Of a stretch of DNA of 64,000 bases, positions 1 to 14,100 are shown one piece after another; positions within the stretch are counted from its first letter, which is position 1, and each line of letters starts with the position of its first letter. The DNA is from Octopus sinensis. Lineage: Eukaryota. Made by a program: the position numbers and the translations under genes. The notes under the pieces were generated by a model. That model was not told the origin of the DNA, made no database searches, and worked only from the letters and a program-made list of their open reading frames with translations. The stretch is from positions 9,052,001 to 9,116,000 of the forward strand of contig NC_043004.1 in the NCBI RefSeq assembly GCF_006345805.1, in the 5' to 3' direction.

Positions 1-239
1 GGGACGCTTTTCATTAACAAATATAGACATATTACGCGCACGCACACATACACACGTACGAACGCGTATACATGCTTACATACGTACACACATGCTTAAC
101 TACGTACATTTATACAAACATAGTTACAGATATATATATACTTGCATAGATGCGACATGAGATTGTCGCCAAGACAGTCTACAATATTATACGCAGCGAG
201 GCTTCTTCTGTTTGCCATACCAGAAGCTCATTAAAATCA

Positions 240-640
240 AATGTTCCCATAGTTTTAGCAATAAAGAATTCTGCTGGATCATTACAATAAAAGCAGAAAG
301 CCATTGTAAGTCAAATGGGGATGAGATGAAGATGTAAGGTGCAGGGAGCAAAAGCTGTGAACCGTTGCAGAGATCAGATGCCCAGCGGATATGAATGTCT
401 CTTCAAAAATTGGGGAGAAAGAGAACATTCATGGTGATCTAATGAGAAAACTGCAACTCTTATATCCAGGCCATAAATTTTTGTTTGTTTCTATTGTCAT
501 CGCTACACATACCAAGAGCTTTGCATAGAAACCTTGAAGTGCTTGGGTTAGCCAATATGTCGAGTCAACTGATTCACAATCTCCAGATATAATATCAATC
601 AGAAGAACAGTGAACGCTTGGAAAACATTTGTGGGTTTCT
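240..640 (+). mobile_element. Decayed 3' end of an RLE-type (R4/Dong- or CRE-like) non-LTR retrotransposon
   Basis: Hand translation across frameshifts gives VAEIRCPADMNVSSKIGEKENIHGDLMRKLQLLYPGHKF...LHRNLEVLG...RTVNAWKTFVGF, matching the restriction-like endonuclease C-terminus (E..CP.D.N...K..EK..Y..L) of RLE LINEs; contains stops. Confidence 0.65.
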
Positions 641-972
641 CCATTCGAGGTTCCTGGTTGAACATCTACTCTCAATCTCTTATACATCTGGAATACATTT
701 GAACTCACACCCATAAACTGTTAGAAAATATACACTTGTGTTCTATTGTGATACATGCAGTCACGTGAATAAGTTTATCCACATCTGCTCACACACACAA
801 ATATGCAAGTTTATCCACACACACACACAAATATGCATGCGTCAATCAACGCAGGTAGTCTCGACTCTAAAATGTTCATTTGACTTAAACAAAAGAGTCT
901 TACCGTGTTTTCTTTGTTCATGACCATCTTGAAGTCTACATAGCAAAAAAAAAATTACATCCCAAAGAAACA

Positions 973-1066
973 TTTCTTCTTCTTCTTCTTCTTCTTCTTC
1001 TTCTTCTTCTTCTTCTTCTTCTTCTTCTTCTTCTTCTTCTTCACCATCATCATCATCATCATCATC
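973..1066. repeat. (TTC)n followed by (ATC)n microsatellite; probable 3' tail of the adjacent minus-strand RTE
   Basis: Direct repeat seen; abuts the RTE 3' end. Confidence 0.9.
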
Positions 1067-1069
1067 CAG

Positions 1070-1560
1070 CCATCGTTGTTCACGATGGCCAAGAACATCA
1101 TATGGGAAAAGACGGCACAGTATGTCCTTCTGTGACCAACCAGTCCGATGCGTGCCTAGAAGGCTCTGATGCAAGTCGGGTGTCGAAGTTGATCTCAAAG
1201 CTCTTCGATGAGCCTTTGACTGTGTCCATGAAGCATTTTTTCTCTTCATCTTGCTAGCACTTACCTTTCGTCAGTTCACTGTCGAAAAGCATCTCGGGGA
1301 GGCATGTGTCGGGCTTTTGAACAAAGTGTCTGGCACGCCTGACTTGAGCTCTCCTCAGCAAGGTGTAGATGCTTGGCAGATCAGCTCGAGAGAGGGCCTC
1401 GGTGTCTGAGACATTGTTTTCCAGAATATTACCACTGTTCGTTGCTGACAGAATCACTCTCATCAATCCTAAAAAGGTGAGCAGAGCACTTCAACAACAA
1501 CCTGAACAGCTTTTTTTTTATTAACTTTGAAGCTGTCTTTCATATGCCCCAAGTTGACAT
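1070..1560 (-). mobile_element. RTE-clade LINE 3' remnant
   Basis: ORF 1254-1466: VSDTEALSRADLPSIYTLLRRAQVRRARHFVQKPDTCLPEMLFDSEL..GK resembles the RTE/BovB C-terminal motif (EVL.RA.LPSI..LL...Q.RWAGHV.RMPD.RLPK..LYGEL). Confidence 0.8.
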
Positions 1561-3249
1561 CAATACGTCGCTGGCAGAGCATCCAAAGGAAGTAAAGGTC
1601 CAAAAAGCAAGCATGCTTCTCTCGAACGACAAGGTCCTAGATTCTGACTCCATCCCAGCTGAAATATTCAAGAACATCTGAAAACAAGCTGTCTTGTGAC
1701 AACAAACCTACATACATGCATACACACACGCACACACTCATATACATACATGCATACACACATGCACACATACACATGTACATACATACACATATACATA
1801 CATACATGCATACATACATACATACAGAATACTTACCTTCACAACCTTGCTACTAAGTCGGTGGCCGGTCACAGTTTAATCTAAATTTTAAAAAAAGGGA
1901 AGACTATATAACGACCGTTGGTCACGAGTCTTGGCTAAGTCAACTGTAGCAGGTTCGTCCTGAAGTAACCCTAATCGCGTGATGAAACGTTGACAATGCC
2001 GAAATACGTCCATCTGACATTAAAAGTCAGTTTGAATCTTGCTTGCTTGCTTAAAATGCTACCCAGCCAAACTGGCGCATAAGGGGAAAATACTATGAAT
2101 TAAGTTTACCCTTAAATGTTAATACGAACGAAAAGCGGACGAGTAGTTTTTTAAAGCTATTAAAGGTTTTTGGGTATAAGTGCCCCAAACGGTGCATAAT
2201 GGGAAAATATTCCAAACGTCCAGATTATATACTCAGCTTATGGATTCACACTATACTGTTATAATAGTTGCACTTAGCTTTGAGTAAATGCCTAAGTGAG
2301 AATGAGGAAACTTTAAGGTTTACAGAAAAACCAAAAAAACCAGTTAACACGTACATTATGAATACAATTTCTAAGCGGAACAGTAAAAATACGGAAGACT
2401 TTTCTTAAGTTTAAAATGTTATTTACAATTAAATGAAGGGGTTTTGTATCTTTGTTAGCAACCAAGTTTCCTTACAGGAACACTTGAAAGAAAACCAGCA
2501 GAGATACATACGTACTGGACTCTGGGGCCCCAGTTATTCAATGTTGTCCTTGCAACTGTACATACATTTATGAAACGTTTTGAGAAAGACTCATATTTGT
2601 CGTGCATGCTGTGTCCCATTACCTCTTCCGCAAGAGCTTACCGAGCCGCAACAAATAACAGGCAAGGCTGGCTTCGGTAGGATTAGAGTGTAGGACGCCA
2701 AGATTCGCAACAAACAATGCAAAATTTTTTCAAAACTCTAACTACTCTGCCACTTCGCCATATGCACGCACGCACACACACACATATGTAAACGCATATA
2801 TACATGCATGCATAAATACAAATATACATGCATATGCACACATACACATATATATATCATACACACATATACTTATAGATATACGTATACACACATGCAT
2901 ACATATATACGTACATACATATCCGTACATCCATGCATACATGTATACACACAAACAGAAACAGAATGAAAACCACACAAGTCCTTATATATATACGATT
3001 CCATTTCGAAGATGCAACGCTACACATCTTTCGACAAGTCACATCTCCTGATTGATCTCAGATGGACCATTAGTGTTGTGAGCTTAAATAACTTCCTAAT
3101 AACACGCAGTTTCCTCAGCTGATGCATTAAATAACTGTGATGCCTCGCTTGTTTGTTTGTTTTATACATTTTGTTTGCGTTTATTTTATAGCTGATTCTT
3201 AATTTTCCTCTTAGTATCAAACAAATTTATCCACAATAATAATCACGAG

Positions 3250-3279
3250 CTAGATATAAGCACGTCGCATATACATACA

Positions 3280-3338
<59 letters not shown>

Positions 3339-3413
3339 GATATAATATATATATACTTATATATACGTATGCACGTACATAAGTACTATATAAAATACAT
3401 AATACATACATAC

Positions 3414-3471
<58 letters not shown>

Positions 3472-3493
3472 CATACATATATATATAATATAA

Positions 3494-3525
<32 letters not shown>

Positions 3526-3557
3526 AATACGAGAACATTTATATATTTAGATTTATG

Positions 3558-3597
<40 letters not shown>

Positions 3598-3920
3598 TAA
3601 AGGTGAATAATGTAACGTGTATGTACATATATGTTTGTACGTATGTACATACATATGTGCGTTTGTAAATATGTATATACATATGCATGTATAATATATG
3701 TATATGTATGTATATATATATATATATATATATATTATATTATATATATATATGTGTGTGTGTGGTGTGTGTTGTGTGTGGTGTGTATTTATATATATAA
3801 CTACATGCATACATACACATACATACATACATACATACATACATACATACATACATACATACATACATACATACATTCGTACAAATATATACATAAATAT
3901 AATACACACACACACTCATG
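3250..3920. repeat. Compound (TA)n/(TACA)n/(TG)n microsatellite block
   Basis: Direct inspection. Confidence 0.95.
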
Positions 3921-4069
3921 CACACATTTCGGCTGGATTAGGAAGTTGGCGGCGAGCAACGTTACATTTAGAATGAGAAAATAACAGAAATGGATGCTAG
4001 TGGTGGCGGTGGTGTTGGGCATATGAGGCCAATGTTTTCTTTGCTTAAAAATAATTATTATTACTTTGT

Positions 4070-4086
4070 CATTATTATTATTATTA

Positions 4087-4165
<79 letters not shown>
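4070..4165. repeat. (ATT)n microsatellite
   Basis: Direct inspection. Confidence 0.95.
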
Positions 4166-4166
<1 letters not shown>

Positions 4167-4687
4167 TGTGTGGTGGTGGTGATGGTGGTAGTGGTGGTGG
4201 AAGCATCGTTATTATTATTATTCGAAACTATATGATCCAACAGCAGACTGTACCTCCGAATTTAATCAGGAAAGTAACCGCCATGTTTGATCAAAGACTT
4301 TGATTTGAGAAACGTTGTCGGGTGCTAAAAGTGTGTTAGTAATGAGGTGAAGCCATAGTTTAAAAGTCAAAAGAAGCCCTATGCATGGAGAACTATGAAG
4401 TCATAGCTGGCGATCTGTGAACTGTGTACTGTATGGTCGCCAATATGGATGTGAAGCGACGGAGAAGGGGTGAGCGAGCGGGGAATTTTAGTGGGGGATG
4501 GCGGACGGCGGAATGAAAACTTGGCTGCAGACGTTCAACCAGCTTGACAGCCAACAAGACAATGTATATTCACATTCAGAGATAATAGATGAAGAAGTAT
4601 GTATGTATGTATGTAATGCGTATATATATATATATATATATATATAGTTATTCATATATATATATATATATATATAATATATATATT

Positions 4688-4718
<31 letters not shown>

Positions 4719-4962
4719 CGCATATATAATATGTATGTATATTTACATATATATGGACATGTATTTACATTTTCATATATATATGCATATTAATATGTAG
4801 TGTATACATGTGTACATATATATATTATACATGTGCGTATATATAGCTTTGTATGTGCAAATATTATATTATATTTATATATGTATGCTTCACGATGATA
4901 CATCGTGAAGTATATTATACCTAGCTCAGAGATTTATTATTGCTATTATATATACATGTATG

Positions 4963-5012
<50 letters not shown>

Positions 5013-5117
5013 TTATATACATATATATATATAAATATACGTATATATAATGCATGTGTGTACGTACATGCACACACAACACACACGCCCACACACACAC
5101 GCCCACACACACACATA

Positions 5118-5153
<36 letters not shown>

Positions 5154-5377
5154 CGTATTTCTGTATAGTTGGAATATGTACATAGTTACATACTCACATA
5201 CATATATTCACCGATAAAAAGCTAAACACTGATTGAGGGAGTGAGGGATCTGTGTTGATAAATTGATCGATTAATTGAAGTAGTACATGGCATCGATACT
5301 CACCAAATTCGTAAACGCGTACACACATCACTATACAACCATACACAGATACACTTTTCTCCCTCCACCAGCAAATA

Positions 5378-5561
5378 CAGGCTTGACTGTGTGGTAAGAT
5401 TCTTGCTTCCCAGCTGCATTGTTCCAGGTTCAGTCCTACTGTGGGAGCACCCGGGGCAAGTGTCTTCTATAACGTCGAAACGACTAAAGCCTCGTGAGTG
5501 GATTTGGTAGCCGGAAACTGAAAGAAGTCCGTCGTATATCCATGTGTGTGGGGGGGATTAT

Positions 5562-5600
<39 letters not shown>

Positions 5601-5630
5601 TGTTTGTCCCTGACCTCAGTGGCGGCTCGC
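5378..5630 (+). mobile_element. tRNA-derived SINE, family A (5' part)
   Basis: A-box-like CTGTGTGGTAAG, B-box-like GGTTCAGTCC, and body GTGAGTGGATTTGGTAG.CGGAAACTGAAAGAAG.CCGTCG shared with copies at 29.2, 35.7, 42.5 and 45.7 kb. Confidence 0.8.
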
Positions 5631-6752
5631 AGATAAAATAAGTTGGAGTTCTGCTTCAGAAAATTTTTAGTCGTTGTTTTAATATTGTATAAAAAGAAAC
5701 AAACGTATGAAAAAAAAAATGTCCTCATAAACCTGATTGGTTTGCATTTTAGCCACTGCCGGGGAGTTTTTAATTTGTTCACTGAACACCGTCGCCAATA
5801 TCCCTTTGTTTTTCAAAAATCCCCACTAAATCACAAAATAAAGGGCGGGACGGGGAATCTGTCTTATTTTTCAAATCCTGGCAGCAACAATGAAGCTGGA
5901 AGCAGGATAATAATCTAATTCTACACTTTATCACATTTAATAATATAAACAGTGTTTTAAGCACAATACACGCAGAGTCAAAAGAAACACTACTTTCTAC
6001 TCGGCACTGTCGTTCATGCAGTGCTCTCTCTCCCTAGTATGAAGCTTTCTATCTCGGACACGTGAGCATGCGCACAACAACCAAACACCGCGTCACTGGA
6101 ACTGTGAGGCGCACAGTTCTATACAAGGATTTTCGTATTTCTTTCATAAACTAGGGGATGGCTACTGACATTAAGCTTAAGGATTATATAATGTACAAGT
6201 ATAAAAAAAGAATTAAAGAAAAAAGGACTCATGACATTAATGTTATCAATAATATCGAGTGGAAATAAGGGGAGCTGCAGTTTCGCTGTTGCTATACATG
6301 AGGCACCACTGCTCACCGCTGCTTGACAAACGATGCTGGTGATTTATCTTTTCTGAAAAATACTGCTTTTTAAAATGAAATTTTGCCGAGATAGGTTTTC
6401 TATGAAGGACATTGCGATCATATTGACGAAATTTAAAATAATTATTTTTGAGAATACTTTTGGACCATTCTCTTAGAAACTTTCTTGTATTAAATATGTA
6501 TAAAACAAACATTCATCTCCACACAACCACTTTATAAGGGGTCTGCAGTGTTTGGAATCGTGGAAGGGTCGTTGCTGCTCTTGTTTAAGATCTTTTGAGT
6601 TCTGTTCCCTCTGGGGTTCAACTTCTTGGCCTTTCATCTAGCTACGAACAAAATAAATACCATTCTATTATCGAATTATATTTATTCAACTGTGTATCTC
6701 TCGCTCCACAAATATTTCTGGACCCGCGATGGTTTTAGGACTTATTATTATG

Positions 6753-6844
6753 ATGATAATGATGATGATGATGATGATGATGGTGATGGTGATGATGATG
6801 ATCTACCTATCTGTCTATCTATCCATCCATCCATCTATCCATCC

Positions 6845-6921
<77 letters not shown>
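6753..6921. repeat. (GAT)n-(ATCC)n-(TATC)n microsatellite; 5' flank of the Tx1 nest
   Basis: Direct inspection. Confidence 0.95.
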
Positions 6922-6922
<1 letters not shown>

Positions 6923-7170
6923 ATTTTTTTCTTCTTTTTTCATTTCTCTTTTCTTTTGTTCCTTTTCCTTTTCCTCTTTTATTTAATTTTTATTTTTTAT
7001 TTAATTTTTTTTGTTCTTTTCTTCCCTTTTAAGATCCCTCTTGATCGAAAACCTACGCCACCCCTTTTTTTGTTTCTTTTGTTTTTTTGTTTTTTTCATC
7101 CCCCAAAAGAAAAGCTCTACCTTGTAACTTGTCCCATCTGTGTGCAGCCCTGTGTGGCCAATAAAGAAAT
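6922..7170 (+). mobile_element. Tx1-like LINE copy 1: 3' UTR only, diverged subfamily
   Basis: Ends in AAAGCTCTACCTTGTAACTTGTCCCATCTGTGTGCAGCCCTGTGTGGCCAATAAAGAAA, homologous to the 3' ends of copies 2 and 3. Confidence 0.85.
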
Positions 7171-7181
7171 TTATCTATATG

Positions 7182-7291
<110 letters not shown>

Positions 7292-7293
7292 CT

Positions 7294-8556
7294 AGGGCTG
7301 GGCATGCCGTGGTTGATGATGCGCAGACACGCGCTGAGACTGCGACATCTCTGGCTCTATGTAGACGACGGTGAACAGGTGTGGTCGCCGTTTGTGAGGC
7401 ACGCTTTCCCGCAGCTCGTCTCCATGACCGAACTGCAGTCGTGGATCAAAAAGAGGCCGAGGAAGGGCGAATGGCACCGCGAGTGTCGCGTTGCTCTCAA
7501 GCAACTCTGCCGTCCTGGGTCGCTTAAGTGACTTCAACACACCAAAGCATTCTATAGGGGTTTAGTGGAGGGGAGGTACGACGACGAGCTCGGGGCGAAC
7601 TGGACGTCGACGAGGAGTACCTGACCCGCCTGTTCGGGACGACTTTCGGGCCAGGGCCCATGGACAACTTCCAGAGATCCCTGGCCTGGCAGTGGTACAG
7701 AGAAGCGCTACCCGTTCGGGATAAGCTCTACAGACACGGCTCGAGAAACACGGGGCCGACCTGCCCGAGATGCGGTCAGAGCGACGAAACCGTTCTGCAC
7801 GCACTCGTTCAGTGTCCAACAATTTCCGACCTGTGGGCTTATGTCGAACAACTGCTGTCACGTGTGGGACGAGTCGGTTTATCAGCTGAGGTCTATCGTC
7901 AATATTGTCACGCCTCCTTCCTTCAAACGGGAGGAAGAGCTATTTTCATCATCCTTGTGGCTATGGCGAAAGAATGTATCTGGTGGACGCGTCTGAAAGG
8001 ATTGGAGACAAAACTTTCCTCTCTGGTCAATCTCTCATCAACTTCTTCAAGTACCACTTGAAAAGGAAAGTGAGAGTAGAGAGGCAAGTTTTGTCTAGCG
8101 AATGTTTTAAAAAAAGATGGGTGAATGTAGCAAGAATGGCACGTATGAATGACGAAGCCACCTTGAGCATAGTCCTATGAACCCAGAAATCGAAAACAGA
8201 GAGTTGCTTATTTGCAAAAAAAAAAAAAAAAAAAAAGAAATATAAAATGTGACTTCATTGACCGAGGTTACCGTGGTCTTTTCGTAGGCTTTTCTTTCCA
8301 CGGGTAAACCTCACCTGTCCTCCCCTTTACACTTCATATTGACATTTCTGTGATAACGATCCCTATTGATCAATTTTTTTTCCTCTCCCCTTTTTTTTTT
8401 TTTTAACCCCCCCTTTTTTGTCCTCTTTCTCTCCTTTTACGATCCCTTTTGATCGAGACTCCCCCTTCCTTTTTTTTTTTTTTAAACCTTCAAAGAAAGC
8501 TCTACCTTGTAATTTGTTCTATCTGTGTGCAGCCCTGTGTGGCTAATAAAGAAACA
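7294..8556 (+). mobile_element. Tx1-like LINE copy 2: 5'-truncated, about 1.26 kb
   Basis: Nearly identical to 13704-14980; encodes the ORF2 C-terminus with CPRCGQSDETVLHALVQC zinc finger; (TATC)n on both sides. Confidence 0.95.
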
Positions 8557-8684
8557 TATCTATCTATTCTATCTATCTATCTATCAATCTATCTATCTAT
8601 CTATCTATCATCTATCTATCTATCTATCATATTATCATATCTATTTATCTATTATCTATCTATCATATCCATCTATCTCTCTAT

Positions 8685-8757
<73 letters not shown>

Positions 8758-8808
8758 TTATCTATCTATCATATCCATCTATCTCTCTATCTCTCTATGT
8801 ATCTATCG

Positions 8809-8897
<89 letters not shown>

Positions 8898-9119
8898 CTC
8901 TCACAATGGACGGACGCTAGTCATATCGGATCCACGTAAGTTGGCCACTTTTACATGTTTAAAACTCCTTGTTGTCAAATATTTTGTTTTAATCGTTGTG
9001 CAAGTTCATTCACTAAAAAACCTGAGAATTATTCACGAAGAATTCCGCCCCTGTATGGGCGAAATTACAAAAAACCTTTCAAAACTTTCGTGGTTTTTTA
9101 GCCATTTTTCATTTTGAAA

Positions 9120-11118
9120 ATGGCAACTAGAAACCACGTGGCTAGCCCGCCAGTCATGCAGAACGGTAGCAAAACACTATTGCTACCACTAGCTGCTAAA
9201 CATCGCAGCGTGAACACCGCTGTCACCACCATCACCACCAACAACAACAACAACAACAAAACTAACGTCGCATTCACCATCGCCGCGACCAAAGACATTA
9301 ACTTAGATTTCCCCTCACTCCCCACACCACTTGTTGATGATAAAAGGACAGAGAAAGGGATTTCAAAAATGAATACAAACGAAAACATGAATGCCAGCAC
9401 CACCACCATCACCACCAACAACAACAACAACGAAATTGGCACAAAGCCGCCTACCAAAGACAACACCGCCAACACCAACACCACTACTACGACGTCAAAT
9501 GCTACATCCAAGCCTTCTGCTGCTAATACCGCCAACACCAACACCACTACCATGACTTCAATTAACACTGCCACAATTAACACTTCTACTGCCAAATCAA
9601 AACGAATTTTGCGGACGTAACAAAACAAAAAAGAACAATTGTAACATTCACCACACAAGAGATAAACCGCACAAAGGCACTCTTCTCCAAAGAAGGAGAC
9701 AAATTGCACCTTCACATTCCACAACACATCGTGAAAACACACAAAAAAAAAACAATAATTTATAAAGTAATAAACAAGAAAACAAGAAGAACAGAAAATG
9801 CACCGCAGGAAAAAAATCGAAAAATGCCTTCGTCCTGCATGGGACTCCAAGGAATATATCAGTTGGGGAAACAAATTTGGTACAGTCCAAGTACGTTTCC
9901 TCAACGAAAGTTAGCAAAACGTTTTTCCGCATTGGAGCTGCATTCGGACGACTTGGTAATGATACCAGTCTATTTAAACAAAAGGGTCACGAAAGTCCAA
10001 ATAAAAACATACCATTTGAAGTCGAAACACAATGGTTGGTCTCTGCCATCTTCTTTGAAATGACAGAGACAATGTCAGAGACAAACATCCTGGAAATCGC
10101 GGTTCTAGGAGAGAAAGCTATGCGGGCAAATCAATCGAATTCCTGCTTCAATTGGATGAAGCAGCAAGAGAGAAGATACCCACCGCTATAGAACTGCCAG
10201 GAGGCTACAAACTCTATATAGTGGTAGAGGGCAGGCGACCACGCTGCTATTTGTGTGGAAGCGAAACACACTTGAAAAAGACGTGCCCAACCACTGCACA
10301 CCAAGAGCAACAACAACAACAACTACCACAACCAAAGCACTCCGGAAAAAAAGCTCTACTACCCACACCACCATCAACACAGAAGACGACAAGAGAAGCA
10401 CACCAAGCTAATCCGTCATCAACCAAAAACCACTCAACACCTGAAAAAATACCAACACCACCAACAACAGCAAAACCCAAAGGAACAGAAAAACAAAGAA
10501 AACACACAAACTGATCCCCCATCCCTTATACCGCACTCAACACACACAAACACTCAACAACCAACAACAACGAAAACAACAACACAACCACTTACACAGA
10601 CATACATAGAAGCCCACAACATACCCCTACCCCCTACTGATTCCTCAGAAATTTCGTCGGAAGACGAAACCAGTGAGGAATGGCAAATAGCTACAAAAAG
10701 AAGGAAAATAAAGAGCAGAAACACAACCAAACCAAATGCAAACACGAACAAAGCAGGGGGAAATACATCTCACGAAGACATTTCAAAACCCAACGCAAAC
10801 AACAGCCACACCAACACCACAAAAATATATACAGCAAACATGCTCACAGCTATAGACACCAAAAACACAAATTTGATGGAATACATCCAATCAAAAACAA
10901 ACATAACAGAAGATGACATAAAAACAAACAATCACCCATACACAACACCACCAGACCACATCAAAATATTACACATCTCCAAAAGTCTGCACCACACACT
11001 CAAAGGCATTTTCCCCAACGCGGTTGGTAAATGCCAAAAATATCTCACAAAGAAACTGTACTGGGATCTCCTCGAGGACAACCCAAAGGAGGAGAAAGCA
11101 AAAACTTTCGAGCAGTAA
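9120..11118 (+). pseudogene. Tx1 ORF1 (gag-like nucleic-acid-binding protein), split by several frameshifts
   Basis: Pieces in different frames join into a Tx1-type ORF1: Thr/Asn-rich N-terminus, ...AKRFSALELHSDDLVMIPVYLNKRVTKVQIK / NIPFEVETQWLVSAIF..., KIPTAIELPGGYKLYIVVEGRRPRCYLCGSETHLKKTC (CX2CX4HX4C); stop at 11118, 44 nt before ORF2. Confidence 0.75.
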
Positions 11119-11162
11119 GTAACCCTCTGTTCCTTTCACTTGTATTCTAATTCATTAGGACT

Positions 11163-14100
11163 ATGATCAAGATTGGTGTAAATGCGCGTGGCTTGGGGTC
11201 CCCTTGGAAACAAGGGTACCTCTTAAATGACATAAAGTCACATAAGTTAGAAATCATAGCCATAAGTGAGACCAGACTCCACAATCCGTGGGCCCTAAAG
11301 ACCATGTTTGGCGGACAGTTCAACATTTATTTTTCCCCCTGTCTGCCGAGAATGGGCGGTAGTGGCACCGCGGTACTTTTTCACAAGAGTCTGGATCTCA
11401 AAGTAAGGACAATATTCGTAGACCCGGAGGGTAGACTGGTTGTTCTGGATGTCGACGGCAGCAATGGGTGCGCTTTTCGACTCGTATCAGTCTACGCACC
11501 GCCCTTAACAGGTCGGGCGGATTTCTATCAACGTCTAGAAGTATTCTTGGGAACGTCTCGTCCTTTACTCTTAGTGGGGGATTGGAATGCTACCTTGGAC
11601 ACGCATGTAGACTACGTGGGTAGAGATAGGAATAGACGGGGATGCAAATGCCTCAGAGACTTGCTCAGACGCTTTCAACTGTCTGACAGGTTCCGACTAG
11701 ACCACCCGAATGCGCCAACGTGGACATGGAGCAACCGCATCGGGTCGTCGAGATCGTATCTAGATAGGATACTGTGTAGGACAGTAGACAGAGATAGCGT
11801 AGGATGTCCACAATTCCACATAGTCAGCTACACGGATCACAAACTTGTGACATGTACGCTAGACTTAGTTAAGACACTTAGGCAGGGTCCCGGATACTGG
11901 AAACTAAACGCGTCTTTCCCATCGAGACAAGTTTTCAGAGACCGGATTAGCACACTAGTAAACAGGGCTTTGACGGGAGCCATCATCAACAACAAATGGT
12001 GGTTTGCCCTCAAGAGAGCAGTAAAAGCAGAAGCGATTAGGTACAGCAAAGCACTAGCCATAGATAGAAATAGAGTAGAGGGTGAGCTAGTTAAGAAGCT
12101 AGAAGAGGCAATTAGAAGCGGCATCGTATCCGACGTTTTGGCGGCGAGGTTGGCCCTCGACCAACACTTCAACGCCAAACACGAAGGATGTGCTGTCAGA
12201 GCTAGGATGCGTGCTCTAAGGAACGAAGGTGTTGGAGCCGCGAGAGAGGCCCGGGTGGCAGAGGCGCAACAGGGCAACAAAGCCTCCATTCGGTCCCTGG
12301 TAGATGAACAGGGGCGCGAATTGCTCGAGCCAAGTAAAATGTGTGAGGCCTTTCAGCAGCATTTTGCCCGACTGTTCGGAACGAGTGGAGGGCAAGAACG
12401 TAGGGTGGACTTCAGTGCCTACCTACATAGCCTACCACGACTCTCGACAAGAAAGGCAGGGTGCTGCGAAGGTGCCATCACGGCGGCGGAAGTGCAGGAA
12501 GCGATGGCAGAATGCTCGAGGGACAAATCACCGGGTTTGGATGGTCTACCCTACGAGCTTTACAATTGTATGCCAGACTTGTTTGGAGATCTCTTGGCGG
12601 CGGTGTACTGCAACTGGCAGCAAAACGGGAGCATTCCTGGTTTTGTGAGCCGAGGAGCCGTAACACTGCTGAAGAAAGATCTAAACAAGGGAAATGTAAT
12701 AGATAACTTTAGGCCCATCACTCTTCTTAATGCAGACTTGAAAATTTTGGCCAAGGTGCTAGCCAAGAGGTTGGCGCTTGTCATCGAGAAACTGGTCGAC
12801 AGGGCGCAAACATGCGCCGTGCCAGGCCGGACCATCCATGACAACCTCCACCTGATGCGCTACATCATAGACAGGGTAGTTAACGAACCTGGCATGGGTG
12901 GGGCGCTGATCAATTTGGATCAATCGAAAGCTTTCGATAGGGTAGACCATCGATACTTGGAGGCGGTCCTCGGAGCGGCTGGCTTCGGTCCCGTCTTCCG
13001 CGGCTGGATAGCCGCTTTGTACAGAGGCATCCGTTCGGTAATTCGCGTGAATGGACATCTATCGAGCCCCTTCGACATCGCACGTTCGGTCCGTCAGGGA
13101 TGCCCCCTCTCGTCGCTTCTATACGTATTGACTCTCGAGCCATTATTGCGGAAGCTGGCAACCTTGAGAGGCATCCCGCGAGAACTGGGATGCGGGACGA
13201 GCGTGTCTGCATACGCGGACGACGTCACCGTCATAGTGTCTAGCCACGAGCACATCGAGCAGGTCGGCGAGACACTGAAAAACTACGAAGCGGTGACAGG
13301 AGCAAAAATCAACCGGGAAAAGTCAGTGGGCTTGCGACTCGGCACCTGGAGAAGCAAGCCCATGCCGTCCACCAGCGCCTCCGTCGTGGGACGCTGGACC
13401 GACGGCCCGGTTGAGTTGCTCGGGGTCTGGTTTGGTCCGGACCTCCAAGTGGAGAAGAACTGGAACGAGATAACGAGTAGGGTGGTCACTCTCGCCCGGC
13501 AATGGGCCGAGAGGAAACTGTCCCTAAAAGGTCGGGCGGAGGTGCGAACACGTACATCGCGTCCGTCATCTACTACCGCTGACCGTCGTACCTTGTCCCG
13601 ACCCTACCATCACCAAACTACAACGCATCTCTTTCGCTTCTTGTGGAAAGGATGCGTCCCGATGGTCAGGCGATCCATTTGCTGTCAACACCCGTTAAAA
13701 GGAGGGCTGGGCATGCCGTGGTTGATGATGCGCAGACACGCGCTGAGACTGCGACATCTCTGGCTCTATGTAGACGACGGTGAACAGGTGTGGTCGCCGT
13801 TTGTGAGGCACGCTTTCCCGCAGCTCGTCTCCATGACCGAACTGCAGTCGTTGATCAAAAAGGGGCCGAAGAAGGGCGAATGGCACCGCGAGTGTCGCGT
13901 TGCTCTCAAGCAACTCTGCCGTCCTGGGTCGACCTTGAGTGACTTCAACACAACCAAAGCATTCTATAGGGGTTTAGTGGAGGGGAGGTACGACGACGAG
14001 CTCGGGGCGAACCTGGACGTCGACGAGGAGTACCTGACCCGCCTGTTCAGGACGACTTTCGGGCCAGGGCCATGGACAACTTCCAGAGATCCCTGGCCTG

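Noticed and set aside
9098-9904. 268-aa antisense ORF over Tx1 ORF1
   Set aside because: Stop-free because the sense strand is A/C-rich low complexity; no recognisable motifs.
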